DNA from: Pelagomonas calceolata
Taxonomy: Eukaryota
NCBI GenBank assembly: GCA_918797485.1
Contig: CAKKNE010000001.1
Span: 4,278,001 to 4,342,000 of the forward strand
Length of the DNA: 64,000 nt
Direction of reading: 5' to 3'
Within the stretch, counting starts at the first letter, position 1. Every line of letters starts with the position of its first letter. Below the pieces are notes generated by a model, which saw only the letters and a list, made by a program, of their open reading frames with translations, did not search any database and was not told the DNA's origin. The translations under genes were made by a program, and so were the position numbers. Shown in pieces: positions 1 through 9,964 of the stretch.

Positions 1-1743
1 ATGTGGATGAATTTGGACTTGATCTTAAATCTACTCTACCTGTGCGTACTCCTCTTAGCTGTCCTCCCGAAAATCATGGCCTACTACGTGGAACGGTTGG
101 TGCCGCCCGCGCCTGGGGGCGAGTCCAATGTGCGTGTCAAGCTCGGACTTTTCCCCGCTTTTTTGGGATTAGTGTACTTAATTGGCGCGGTGATATTGTT
201 TATCATCTTACTCATCGTTTATTTCGTGACCATGTCGGTAACTCACGTGGATGTTGGCGTTTGGCTCGTTTTGTGGTTTTTGCTCACCCAGTCGTGGGGT
301 GTCGCGCTGGCTTGGCTCATCGATATGCGGACGGCGCATCGGCAATCGCGAGCCGCAGAGCCCGTGGCCCCAAAGCCGGTGGCGGAGCAATCGCGTCCGA
401 CGGTTCGGCAGCTAAACAAAAGGTTTGCAAGCTGGGTTGAGACGAGCTCAGAATCGGCCCATGCCGTGTTGTTCTCGTCGCTTGGCCTTTGGCTATCGCC
501 GCACTTTCAAGTGGGGCTTGAAATGCTGATTGGGTTAGTCATGATTATTGCGATAATTGGTCTCTTGTTTGTTGCGTTTTTTAAACTTGCTCTCTGCGCG
601 GCTTTGCTGATGGTAGGATTTGCACTTCTGGCCACGGCGCACTTATTGTCCATGGGACGACGGTTTGCGGCGCGGATGTTACTATTTGCTGCAATCTTAG
701 CGAACGGGGCGGTGGGCATCAGAGAAGGTGTCGTCTTGCTGGGGCGGGGGCGGTCCGGGTACATTGTTGCGGATTTGATCATAGATCGTCTCATGTCTCT
801 CGCTTGGGCCACCATCGTGTGCTTATTTCCGCGGTGGCATTCGTTTCGAGTTACCTTGGCTTATGTCCTCGGTTATTTTTACCATAAGTGCTTAATTTGG
901 GGCTTGTTCTACGCGAAGCGGCAAAGTGTCCACCTGCAAAATATATTTTACTCTTGGTGTTTCCTAAGCGGGGGAGCGGTCGCATGCATTGTGCTAGTGG
1001 AGCTCAAATACAGAGGGACGCTCCGACACGCGCACGAGATGGCCCGCGCCGACGCCAGCTCCTACGACGAAATCTGGAAGACCTTCGTCGCGGACGAGAC
1101 GAAACTCAGAGCGCTCTCGGGCCTGGTCGACGCGTACAAAGCTGCCATGGCCGGCGCGGAGAAGCGGAGCAAGCGCCAGGCGGCAGCGAGCGTGGGCGCG
1201 CTCTTTGAAGATGCCTACGTGCTCCAGCCGCTCGTTGTCGCGAAGGCGGAGGCTATCGGTGGCGACGCAGGCGCCGTCGTGTACGGATCAACGAAGACCG
1301 TGGCGCGCGCGTTCCAGAAGGCGTGGCGGTCGTACGGAGGCGACTACCGAAGGCTCTGCGACGTCGTGCGGGTGTCCATCGCGTTCGAAACTATCGACGA
1401 ACTGACGGCATGCCTCGAGCGCATCGTCGCGGACGACGAACTCGAGCTCGTCCCGCAGGGCCTCGAGAAGTGTCGCTTCGATCCGGAATATGATCCATAC
1501 GCCGGCCAATTCGTCGGCTACCGGGACCTGCAGCTCGGCGCGAGGTTTCGGTCGGAGGCGACGCGGAAACAGGGTCTCGACCAACATGTCGTCGAGATAC
1601 AGCTCCACTTGCGGGTGTTCGAGGCCATCAAGCGGGGACACGTGACTGTCGGGTTGCCCGTCAACACAACAAATCTGGCGGACTGGCGGATGGGGAGCGG
1701 CCACAGGACGTACGTGTCCTGTCGCAACCTGAGATGTAGCTAG
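1..1743 (+). CDS. Multi-pass membrane protein with C-terminal RelA/SpoT-like nucleotidyltransferase domain (may be 5'-truncated at the window edge)
   Basis: About 9-10 hydrophobic segments, then KTVARAFQK..Y.GD..RLCDVVR, GYRDLQ and VEIQLH, resembling RelA_SpoT synthetase motifs. Confidence 0.6.
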   Translation: MWMNLDLILNLLYLCVLLLAVLPKIMAYYVERLVPPAPGGESNVRVKLGLFPAFLGLVYLIGAVILFIILLIVYFVTMSVTHVDVGVWLVLWFLLTQSWGVALAWLIDMRTAHRQSRAAEPVAPKPVAEQSRPTVRQLNKRFASWVETSSESAHAVLFSSLGLWLSPHFQVGLEMLIGLVMIIAIIGLLFVAFFKLALCAALLMVGFALLATAHLLSMGRRFAARMLLFAAILANGAVGIREGVVLLGRGRSGYIVADLIIDRLMSLAWATIVCLFPRWHSFRVTLAYVLGYFYHKCLIWGLFYAKRQSVHLQNIFYSWCFLSGGAVACIVLVELKYRGTLRHAHEMARADASSYDEIWKTFVADETKLRALSGLVDAYKAAMAGAEKRSKRQAAASVGALFEDAYVLQPLVVAKAEAIGGDAGAVVYGSTKTVARAFQKAWRSYGGDYRRLCDVVRVSIAFETIDELTACLERIVADDELELVPQGLEKCRFDPEYDPYAGQFVGYRDLQLGARFRSEATRKQGLDQHVVEIQLHLRVFEAIKRGHVTVGLPVNTTNLADWRMGSGHRTYVSCRNLRCS

Positions 1744-1804
1744 CACTCGCTCCTTCCTTTTGACATTTCTCCGTTCCCCGCGTTTCTTCTAACAATGTTT
1801 TAAC

Positions 1805-3280
1805 TTAGAACTCCATCCCCCCGAGGTCCATCCCCCCCAGGTCCATCCCCTCGAACGCGCCGGAAGCCATCTCAGCGAAGCCGCCGAGCCCCTCAAACAG
1901 GCCCCCCGCGCCCTCGGCGATCGTCCCGACGACGCTGCCGATATTCCCGAAGACGCTCCCGACGGCGTTCGCGGCGCCACTGATGTTGATGTTGCCGACG
2001 GCGTTTGACACCGCTCCGGCCGCGTTAGAAGCCGCGCCGCCCACGGCGTTCGCGGCGCCACCGACGTCGAAGTTGCCGACGGCGTCCCCGACAGCCCCGG
2101 CCGCGTTCGACGCCGCGCCGCCCACCACGCCCGCGGCGTCTCCGACGTCACCGAGCGACACGTCCGACAGCGCGCCGCCGACGGACATCAGGACGTCGCC
2201 CGTCTCGCTCACGACGTCGCCCGCCAGGTCGCCGACGACGTCCGCGAAATCCGACGGGTCCATGGTTGGTACCGCTTCGAGTAGTTCCTGCGGCTCGAGG
2301 GCCGCCGCCGCGTTCACTAAGCCCGTGGCCCCGATGCCCAGATTCGACAGCTCCAGGTTGGGCGCGGCGAAGATAGCAATCGCCGCCGCGACGCCCGCGG
2401 CGGACGCCACCACCAACGCCGGCGCGGCCGACGATTTCGTGGCCTTTACTTTAACACCACCGGCGGGCGCCTTCTTGGCCTGGACTCCGTGCTGCGGCGG
2501 CGGCGCCGTGTTGACGAGGATGACCGAGCCCGGAATTGAGGAAGGAGGCACGAGCACGGACAGCACGCGGCCGTCTGGCGCCCGCACCTGGATGGACTGA
2601 CCGGGCATGCCGGGCTGCACGAGGACCTGGACGATCGTCGGCGGCGGCGCCGCCGCTTGCACCGGCGGCGCGTTCACAGGAACCATGCGCAGCGCCAGCG
2701 CCTTGGCCACCTCCGCCGCGGTCCTTCCAGAACCCTGCTGCCCAAGGCCCATCCAGTTCCACTTGTTGCCATGCTTGTAGAGTTTGGCGAAGACTAGGGC
2801 GTCGCCTCGACAACCCTTGAGGTTAAACCGCGCTAGCTCCTGGTCCGAGTCCGCGTGCACTAAACGCGCGTAGGCCGAACTCACGTCGCAGAACGTCCGG
2901 CCCTGCGTGTACACGTTGACCACCAAAAAAATGTTGTCCACGCCCCGCTTCTCCATGGCTTCGGGCTGGACGTAGATCCGTTCCAAATCAGAGGTGCCCG
3001 TGCCGGTCCCCGACGTGAGCACGTCGCCCGTGTGGACGATCGACGCCGGCGTGGCATCCCTTAACTTCTGGAAGGAGATAATATCGGCCACTTGCGCGCC
3101 GGCGAGGCAGACCGCCGACGCGTCGATGTCGATATTCGCCTTGGCGCTCCAGGACAGGCCGAAGTAGAGTCGGGCGCACTTGGACGGCACCTGCACGTTG
3201 TGCGTGGGCAGGAGCTGCACCGGCTTCTTGCTGTCCTTGGCCGGCGCGGCGGCCGCTGTCGAGGAGGCGCCGCTGCCCAT
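1805..3280 (-). CDS. TerD-domain protein with Gly/Ala-rich C-terminal repeats
   Basis: GLSW...DIDASAVCL, SIVHTGDVLT, ERIYV, FLVVNVY, SAYARLV, ELARFNL, FAKLYK..KWNW are typical TerD motifs; MGSGAS start at 3280 resembles an N-myristoylation site. Confidence 0.8.
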   Translation of the reverse strand: MGSGASSTAAAAPAKDSKKPVQLLPTHNVQVPSKCARLYFGLSWSAKANIDIDASAVCLAGAQVADIISFQKLRDATPASIVHTGDVLTSGTGTGTSDLERIYVQPEAMEKRGVDNIFLVVNVYTQGRTFCDVSSAYARLVHADSDQELARFNLKGCRGDALVFAKLYKHGNKWNWMGLGQQGSGRTAAEVAKALALRMVPVNAPPVQAAAPPPTIVQVLVQPGMPGQSIQVRAPDGRVLSVLVPPSSIPGSVILVNTAPPPQHGVQAKKAPAGGVKVKATKSSAAPALVVASAAGVAAAIAIFAAPNLELSNLGIGATGLVNAAAALEPQELLEAVPTMDPSDFADVVGDLAGDVVSETGDVLMSVGGALSDVSLGDVGDAAGVVGGAASNAAGAVGDAVGNFDVGGAANAVGGAASNAAGAVSNAVGNINISGAANAVGSVFGNIGSVVGTIAEGAGGLFEGLGGFAEMASGAFEGMDLGGMDLGGMEF

Positions 3281-3591
3281 CGTTATTGGGCTGCCTCTGT
3301 TCGCTGTTCGCGCATGCAAAGCGCCAGCCAGCGCTGTGCAGAGCGCCCTGCACGGCGCGCGACCAGCCGTAATACGACCCAGGCCACCCTCAAGGGTACT
3401 AGCAGTGGTCCCGGAGAGATCGCAAACGTACGAGTATTTTTTTTGAATTGGCATGAGGTTGCTCTCTCTCCTCTCTGAAGCATTTGGGCAGCCTCTGTGC
3501 GCACCGTGCGTGCGCGCTGCGCGCTGATAATGCGGCGCCTACGTGCGTTTATTATCGTAGGAACGAGAATCCCATCCATAACAGCGTGAGC

Positions 3592-5063
3592 ATGCAAGTG
3601 AGCATGCAAGTCTGGTTCCTGCTCCTGGCAGCGCTGCCGACTGGCGTATCGTCCGGTGTCTGCTCCCGCGCACCAAAACGTGGCGTGGCCGTGCACACGG
3701 CACAAACGTGTGACGTGCTCGACGCGCACAAGAGGTCATCGTGGTGGTACAGCTGGGGCCTCGGGACCGGCTTCGACGGCAGCTTCTGCGCCACGCCAGA
3801 CGATGCGGCGGCCCGGGCCCGCGCGAGCATGGACTTCGTGCCCATGTTTTGGGGCGAGGGTCACATCAACGACTTCGTTGCGGCGCCCGAGGCGTGGCAC
3901 CACGAGCTCGACCAGGCGTCGTACCTTCTGACGTGCATGATCCGTGCCCCTTGACTTTCCAAAGAGCCCGACGCACTTTCGAAAGAGCCTGACGCCATCG
4001 ACGCAGGTTCAACGAGCCCGAATTCTCGGCGCAAGCCAACATCTCCCCGCGCCGCGCCGCGCAGCTGTGGCCGACCCTCGTCGAAATCGCCCAGAACTAC
4101 AGTCTGGAGCTCGTGGCGCCGTGCGTTAGTGCTGGCGTCCACGGCGAGCGGTGGTGGGCGCCGTGGCAAAGTAATTGCACGGCGCTGCACGGGAGCTGTG
4201 AGTTTGACTACGGCTGCACGCACAACTACTTCCAGCCCGCGCCCTGCCGCGACGACGTGTCCTGGTGGGCCTGCGTGGGCAACGGCGACGACGGGACGGA
4301 GCACCTGGAGCAGGAGCTTCAGACGTGGTACGAGAACACGGGAGGAAAACCCATCTGGGTCACGGAGTTCGCCTGTAATCCCTGGGCTGAGCGGTCTTGT
4401 AATGCGAGTTTGCACTCGCGACTCATGGATCAGGTGGTGCCCGTACTCGAGGCGTCGCCGCTCGTGAATCGGTACGCGTGGTTCGCCGCGTACGAGGCCG
4501 CGTCCATGCCGGGCAACGCGCTAAACCGCGAGACCTGGAGTCAGTTGACGTCGTTCAGCTGCCCGAACAACTCGTGGACCGCGGGCTACGGCGACGCCTC
4601 GTGGCAGATCCAGACGAACGCCGAGTGCGTGGCAGCAGCGGAAGCGGACGCTTCGTGCGCGACGCCCCTCGTCCTCAACATCGGCTGGGACGCGTGCTAC
4701 TGCGCGACGGACGCCTGCGACGCGCCCGTCGCTACGAGCTACATGACGACGTACCGCTACGCCGGGGACGGTCAAGGCCTCGCGCCGCTCGGCGAGCGCT
4801 ACGAGAACTTTTCGTGGGAGAGTCCGTGTCAGCCGTCACGAGCGCCGACGCTGTCGCCGACTCTGTCGCCGACTCTGTCGCCGACTCTGTCGCCCACTGT
4901 CGGGGCGCTCTCGTCGTCGTCGTCGTCGTCGTCCGACAAGCCGGGGACAGTGACAATTGTCTTGATGGTGATCCTCGCTGTTGGCATCTGTGCATGTGTT
5001 GGAGTGACGTTATTCTATTGTGGACGGACGTGCCGCGGATTATGGGATTTGAGAGGTCAATAA
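3592..5063 (+). CDS. Membrane-anchored GH128-like (Glyco_hydro_cc) beta-1,3-glucanase, 2 exons (intron 3933-4006)
   Basis: Signal peptide, WWYSWG, FVPMFWG; splicing the GT..AG intron restores LLTFNEP in frame; KPIWVTEF and RYAWF motifs; PTLS linker and C-terminal TM helix. Confidence 0.8.
3933..4006 (+). other. Spliceosomal intron (74 nt) containing the CGCCATCGACGC motif
   Basis: AC|GTGCATG...GACGCCATCGACGCAG|G joins the 3484 and 4113 ORF frames and restores the catalytic NEP. Confidence 0.85.
4844..4898 (+). repeat. 12-nt coding tandem repeat (PTLS) x4
   Basis: ccgactctgtcg repeated in the stalk of the GH128 gene. Confidence 0.9.
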
Positions 5064-5126
5064 GTATATCTCTACTTAACCTCGCTGTCGCGCCGACTCT
5101 CATGCGTTGTTACTACATCGGCGCAC

Positions 5127-5342
5127 TCACTCCTTGGTCGAATTGTACGCGCCGTATCCCAACTCCAGCAAGAGGTAGCCGCCGAGGAGCCCGCCGGACA
5201 GCGCCGTCGCACGATTAATCGGGGGAGTGCTCGTCTTCGGCGGCTCGGAGCGGACGACGGTCGAGGGTGGCTTCGGCGGCGCCACTGGTGCAAACGATGT
5301 AGCCAGCGCAAGAATAGCGCAGAGGACAAACTTCCGCACCAT
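5127..5342 (-). CDS. Small plastid-targeted single-TM protein (71 aa)
   Basis: MVRKFVLCAILALATS-FAP fits a signal peptide plus ASAFAP-like cleavage motif; C-terminal hydrophobic helix. Confidence 0.55.
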   Translation of the reverse strand: MVRKFVLCAILALATSFAPVAPPKPPSTVVRSEPPKTSTPPINRATALSGGLLGGYLLLELGYGAYNSTKE

Positions 5343-5592
5343 GTTTATCGCTCTGCCGTGCTTGCTATTGTGAGTTGCTGTGAGTGCTCTCGCTATGGGT
5401 GCTCTTTCAGTGCTCTGCTCAGCTCCACTAGCTGGGAGTTGAAGCACCGATGCAAAACCAGTGTAAACTTTATGCCGCCACAGTAAACGAGTCGATGCAG
5501 CTCTGTCTCCGATGCTCGGCTTTTTTGCTCTCGGAGCTAGCGCCGTAACACACTAGGCATTCGGCATGCGTAAAAAAAGGCACACAGAACAA

Positions 5593-6636
5593 TTAACGCA
5601 ACTCCGCGGAACCCGCAGCAGGCAACGCACCCGTGTACCGCCCCGCGAAGTCGTAGGGAGACCCCTCTTCGTCGATGACCCAGAACATTGCGCCCCGCAA
5701 GCCCGCCGATTGCACGGCGCGCGCGGCGTCTTCGGGCTCCACTCTGATGAATTTCTCGTTGTCGGCCCAGCCGTTCGCGAAGCCGAGCAGCAGCTTCTCG
5801 CGCGGCACTCGGACGACGTCGGCCCCGACGGTCACGCCTTTCGTGGATAGGCCGGCGGCGACCTCTTCTGCGTACGTTGCCAGCGCGGCGCCGCCGCGCG
5901 TCAGCGCGTAGCAGGCCGACGAGTAGCCCTCGTAGAGCTGCACCGAGACGGCGTCGACGCTGTCCATGCCGGCCCGGGCCAGGACCGCGGCGTAGGCGTT
6001 GCGCCCGGCGTAGGGAAAGCCCGCCGCGGGAAAGCCGTTCTCGCCCGGCCGCCACGGCGCGCGCGGCTCATGATTTAACAGCAGGTCGACCTCCGCCGAG
6101 CCCGCGTCGAGGTACGACTCCGCGGGCGCTAGAGCGATCAGATACCCATGTCGCTTCGCCTCCCTGCAAAAGTCCGCCACGAGCGCCACCATCGCTTCAC
6201 TCAAGTTCTGAGACGCGTCGTCGTTGCCCTCGAGGTCCCAGTCGCACCCGTCAAATACAAAGCCGTGCGCCACGTTCCACGCGCGCCAGACCTCGAACCA
6301 CGCTCGGCCGTCGAGCTTCTCGTCGGGGTGCGGCCCGTTCCAGCCGCCGAACGCGACCAAGTGCCGCACGTCCAATTGCTCCGCTTCCAGTCGTTTCTGC
6401 GTCGCCCTTACCAGGTCCACGTCAAAGGTCGGTCTGACGCGCGGCACGTCGTCCTCGACCTCGAGGTGGGCGAACGACCAGATGACGACGTTGACGCCCT
6501 GGCGGCACGCGGCGACGACCCTGTCCTCGCGCAGACTACGGTCTGTCGCGTAGCCGACGAGCAGGCGGCCCTTCGGCAGAGCGCGCTCGGGCGTCGACAG
6601 CGCGGCCGCGGCTGCTACCGACATGGCAAAGAGCAT
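5593..6636 (-). CDS. GH18 (chitinase-like) glycoside hydrolase
   Basis: LVGY, VVIWSFA, VAFGGWNG, catalytic FDGCDWDLE (DxxDxDxE), VQLY, GAMFW. Confidence 0.8.
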   Translation of the reverse strand: MLFAMSVAAAAALSTPERALPKGRLLVGYATDRSLREDRVVAACRQGVNVVIWSFAHLEVEDDVPRVRPTFDVDLVRATQKRLEAEQLDVRHLVAFGGWNGPHPDEKLDGRAWFEVWRAWNVAHGFVFDGCDWDLEGNDDASQNLSEAMVALVADFCREAKRHGYLIALAPAESYLDAGSAEVDLLLNHEPRAPWRPGENGFPAAGFPYAGRNAYAAVLARAGMDSVDAVSVQLYEGYSSACYALTRGGAALATYAEEVAAGLSTKGVTVGADVVRVPREKLLLGFANGWADNEKFIRVEPEDAARAVQSAGLRGAMFWVIDEEGSPYDFAGRYTGALPAAGSAELR

Positions 6637-6881
6637 GGGCCGCTCTCTCAGAGAGGGGCTGTACCTGCGCTGCCGTCCGTTATCGTGCCCGCGAGGCTTC
6701 ACCCGATCTGTTCGATGTGCGTTGGAGGTCTTGAGCTGTCGCCGTGATCGCTGCGGCAGCACGGGCGGATTTAGAGTGGTGCTCTCTCGACCAGGCTGGG
6801 AGAGGCAGGCGCCACTGAAGGCAAAAAGGCCGGCGAAACGCCCACAGCGGAGGCGCAGCACGAGCAGCGATCCCAGAAGCG

Positions 6882-7853
6882 ATGCTGCGCCGCACGGTTG
6901 TCCTCATACGACGCGCACAAGCACCACTGGCACGGTATGGGCGCCAGTCGTCGACGCGCCGCGAGCTCAGCTTCGCCGAGGAGCTCATGCAGCACCGCAA
7001 GACGCAGGGCAAGACCATCGCTGCGAGGCGCGAGGACGGCGCCGTCGCGTTCCCGAATTTCGACGCGGTCGACGTCGACGGCACGGCCGTGGCCTTCCCC
7101 GCGTTGCTGAAACGACGCGTCACGTTGGTCGGGGTCTCGTTCCGGGCCATCGGCGCGGCGCAGTCGCGCGAGTGGCTCGAACCATTTGGTCGACGAGTTT
7201 ACTTGACTTATAGAGGGATGGCGCATACGGCCACTGCCCATTGTTCGCTCATCGAACAGCCCGTGTTTAGGTTCAAGTTTCTGCGGAACTGGCTGCTGAG
7301 AGATTTGCGGAAGGCGGCGACGGACATCTCCCTGAACACGTGGAATTGCCTCAAAATCGGCGACGTCGCTCCCATAAGACAGGAGCTGGGGCTCGACAAC
7401 CGATTGGTGGGCTACGTGTACTTGTTGGATCAGGAGGGGCGCGTGCGCTTCCGCGGGTCCGGAAGCCCGACGGAGGACGAATTGCAGCTCCTCTTCCAGG
7501 TCACGGAGGAGTGCGTGTCCGAGCGAGAGCGCGTCTGGACGGACGTCGACGAGCACGCGGCCGAGGTTACGTTCGACGTCGACGATGGTGAGGACCGGGA
7601 CGCGCGGCTGAAGAGAGATAGAGGCTTTCGAGCTAGAGCGCGGGACGCGCAGCTGCCGCTCGAGTTACCGGTCTGGGAGGCCGGCGGCGACGTCCCCGAG
7701 CCGCTCCCGCGCGTGCCGTGGGACGTCGTCGGCGCGGACGGCGGGCCCGTCGCGCCGCCGCCGCGCAAGCGCGAGGCGTCGCGCGCCGCGCGCCGCGCCG
7801 CCGGCCCGCTCTCGACGCAGACGCGGCCCGGGCGGAAGCGGCGGAGACACTAA
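6882..7853 (+). CDS. ATP10: Mitochondrial ATPase complex assembly factor ATP10
   Basis: Mitochondrial-type presequence; LGLDNRLVGYVYLLDQEGRVRFRGSGSPTEDEL matches the ATP10 C-terminal motif. Confidence 0.8.
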   Translation: MLRRTVVLIRRAQAPLARYGRQSSTRRELSFAEELMQHRKTQGKTIAARREDGAVAFPNFDAVDVDGTAVAFPALLKRRVTLVGVSFRAIGAAQSREWLEPFGRRVYLTYRGMAHTATAHCSLIEQPVFRFKFLRNWLLRDLRKAATDISLNTWNCLKIGDVAPIRQELGLDNRLVGYVYLLDQEGRVRFRGSGSPTEDELQLLFQVTEECVSERERVWTDVDEHAAEVTFDVDDGEDRDARLKRDRGFRARARDAQLPLELPVWEAGGDVPEPLPRVPWDVVGADGGPVAPPPRKREASRAARRAAGPLSTQTRPGRKRRRH

Positions 7854-8272
7854 GTTTTAGGATACAATACGCGCTTCCGCACCCACCGCTCGCCGTCGGA
7901 CCAGCGGATACTGTCCGCCGGGAAGGTCACCTGGACCATGCAGTCCAGCACGGCGCTGTTTCTCGCGCTCTCGAAGACTCCCGACTTGCCGGCGACTCGT
8001 AGGCCGTCGTCGCCAGCGCTTGACTCGAGTACGCGCCATCGGCCGTCCTCCTCCGCCTCGACGACGACGGCGCCGTCGCGCGTGACGACTCTGCGTCTGC
8101 TCTTGGATCCCTCGACGTAGTACAGGCCGTCGTATGTTTGTGCTGGGACGTCAGCACGCGCAGCGAACGGTACGGCAGCTGTTCCAATCGCAAATGTCCG
8201 CCTGGAGAGTGATAGTGCGATTGCTCGGCCGGCGAGGCACCAAATGAATAGCGGCTTCGCACGCAGCATCAT
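7850..8272 (-). CDS. Small hypothetical protein, possibly thylakoid lumen (twin-arginine signal)
   Basis: Signal-like N-terminus, then SRRTFAIGTAAVPFAARA (RR...AxA). Confidence 0.5.
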   Translation of the reverse strand: MMLRAKPLFIWCLAGRAIALSLSRRTFAIGTAAVPFAARADVPAQTYDGLYYVEGSKSRRRVVTRDGAVVVEAEEDGRWRVLESSAGDDGLRVAGKSGVFESARNSAVLDCMVQVTFPADSIRWSDGERWVRKRVLYPKT

Positions 8273-8505
8273 CGGTGTCGTGTATGTACGTTGTCAAAGT
8301 TATCGATGCGTAGCTGCAGCCTATAATGTGTACGGGGCGAAAACAAAGCGCGAGTCATTAGCTAGCGTTAGTAAGACACTAGCAAGCTCTCCGGCTCGTC
8401 TTGCTCTGCTGCCATTGCTCAGTCATAAAAGGCGTAAGCCTCATCCTCGCAGCCGGTCGCTGCGAGCCACGTGCGCTACGTGCGCTGCGCTTGGCTGCCT
8501 GAAAG

Positions 8506-9846
8506 ATGCCCCCGCGAAGGAAAAAATCAGCTTCCGGCACCACCAGACGCAAAAAGGTCAAAACGGAGCCAAAAGAGGACAATAGTTCTCTAAACATCAG
8601 CGTACGCTGCGGTGAGACGGGCGTGGCGCTTTGGTTTAAGCTTAAGAAGACAACGAAATTCAACAAAATAATGGATGCATTCGCTTCGAGACGCCCTTTT
8701 TTTTCGGTACCAGCGACTCCGCTCGCGCGCCTACCGGCGACGGAACTGTCGAGCCTCGGCGGCGCCGGCGGCGCGCTGGCCGCGGCGCTACGGGCGCGCG
8801 GCGCTGCCGTCTTAAAATTCAAGGGCCTGGACTTCGGCAGACACCCGCTCCTCGCCGAGGCGAACGCTTTCTTCAACAGCACGACTCAGCCGCGGGAGCA
8901 TCGCCTGGATGATGATTCGATGTCGGGCAGCGGTTACAAAAGTCCCGAGACAGGCCGGGAGCTCTACGTCCATCACCGCGGGTCGCCGGGGCCATTCACG
9001 AAGTCCGCGGCTGACGATCTCTTTGACGAGCTGCATGCGATTTCCCTCCAAGTGACCCGTGCGACCGCCCTGGGCCTCACTGGTAGCGGGACGGCGTTTG
9101 ACGAGCTCTTAGACACGAGGTCGTCGCGTTCAGCGGCGTCAAGCTGCCTCCGCTTCCACAAGTACTCGCAGGACAGCATGGCGAAGGATCCCTTGCGTGA
9201 CGCCCGCGTCCTGCCGGGGGGCGGAACGTCAGTCCCTTGCGCTGGTGCTGACCTTGTTGCCTGCCCGCGCCACGTCGACCGCGGCTTAGTTACTCTTATC
9301 CTGCCGTGCTCCGGCGGCTCGCGTCTGGAAGTGATGGATCCGAAGAACGGCTACGTCGAGCCCGTGGACCTGGCCGACGACGAAGTTGCTGTTCTCTGCG
9401 GGCACACCCTCTCGGTCGCGTCTTGCGGTGCAGTTTGCGAGGCGCCACATCGGGTGTCGTGGACGTCGGCTTCAGGGAACGAACGTCTTGCCACCGTGTT
9501 TACTTTGCGCGCGCCGCCGGACGGGCGTTTTGCCGCCGCGCACCAGAAGATCATCGAATCGGGCTGTCCCCACGACAAGGCATACGACCCGGGCTACGGA
9601 GCTCATCGCATTCACAGCGCCTCTTCGATCAAAACATTCAAGGGCGACGAGGACGTTGCCTTCGTCATGCAGAAATTTAGTGAGAGAAATGCTTCGATCC
9701 ACTCGAGGCGGTTCGAGCCCGTGCCCGCCAGGCATTTACGCTTCTTGTATGATGGATCACGCGTACACGGCGATCAGACGCCTGCGAGCCTCGATATGGA
9801 AAGTGGCGAACAGCTTGATTGCTTCGAGCCTATGATGGGCGACTGA
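8506..9846 (+). CDS. SUMO-like domain interrupted by a 2OG-Fe(II) oxygenase domain
   Basis: LNISVR..WFKLKKTTKFNKIMDAFASR is the SUMO N-half; HVD...HRV..R is the 2OG oxygenase triad and 2OG-binding Arg; LRFLYDGSRVHGDQTPASLDMESGEQLDC is the SUMO C-half. Confidence 0.75.
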   Translation: MPPRRKKSASGTTRRKKVKTEPKEDNSSLNISVRCGETGVALWFKLKKTTKFNKIMDAFASRRPFFSVPATPLARLPATELSSLGGAGGALAAALRARGAAVLKFKGLDFGRHPLLAEANAFFNSTTQPREHRLDDDSMSGSGYKSPETGRELYVHHRGSPGPFTKSAADDLFDELHAISLQVTRATALGLTGSGTAFDELLDTRSSRSAASSCLRFHKYSQDSMAKDPLRDARVLPGGGTSVPCAGADLVACPRHVDRGLVTLILPCSGGSRLEVMDPKNGYVEPVDLADDEVAVLCGHTLSVASCGAVCEAPHRVSWTSASGNERLATVFTLRAPPDGRFAAAHQKIIESGCPHDKAYDPGYGAHRIHSASSIKTFKGDEDVAFVMQKFSERNASIHSRRFEPVPARHLRFLYDGSRVHGDQTPASLDMESGEQLDCFEPMMGD

Positions 9847-9964
9847 TGCTCAGAGGAGGCGGGTAGGTGTGTAAAACTACTCTTGTTGAATTGAAGACTC
9901 CTTTTATGAATCTCTACTAACGCCCCACCGCAAACACGCGCCGCCGCGCGCTGCAAGCTCACCA

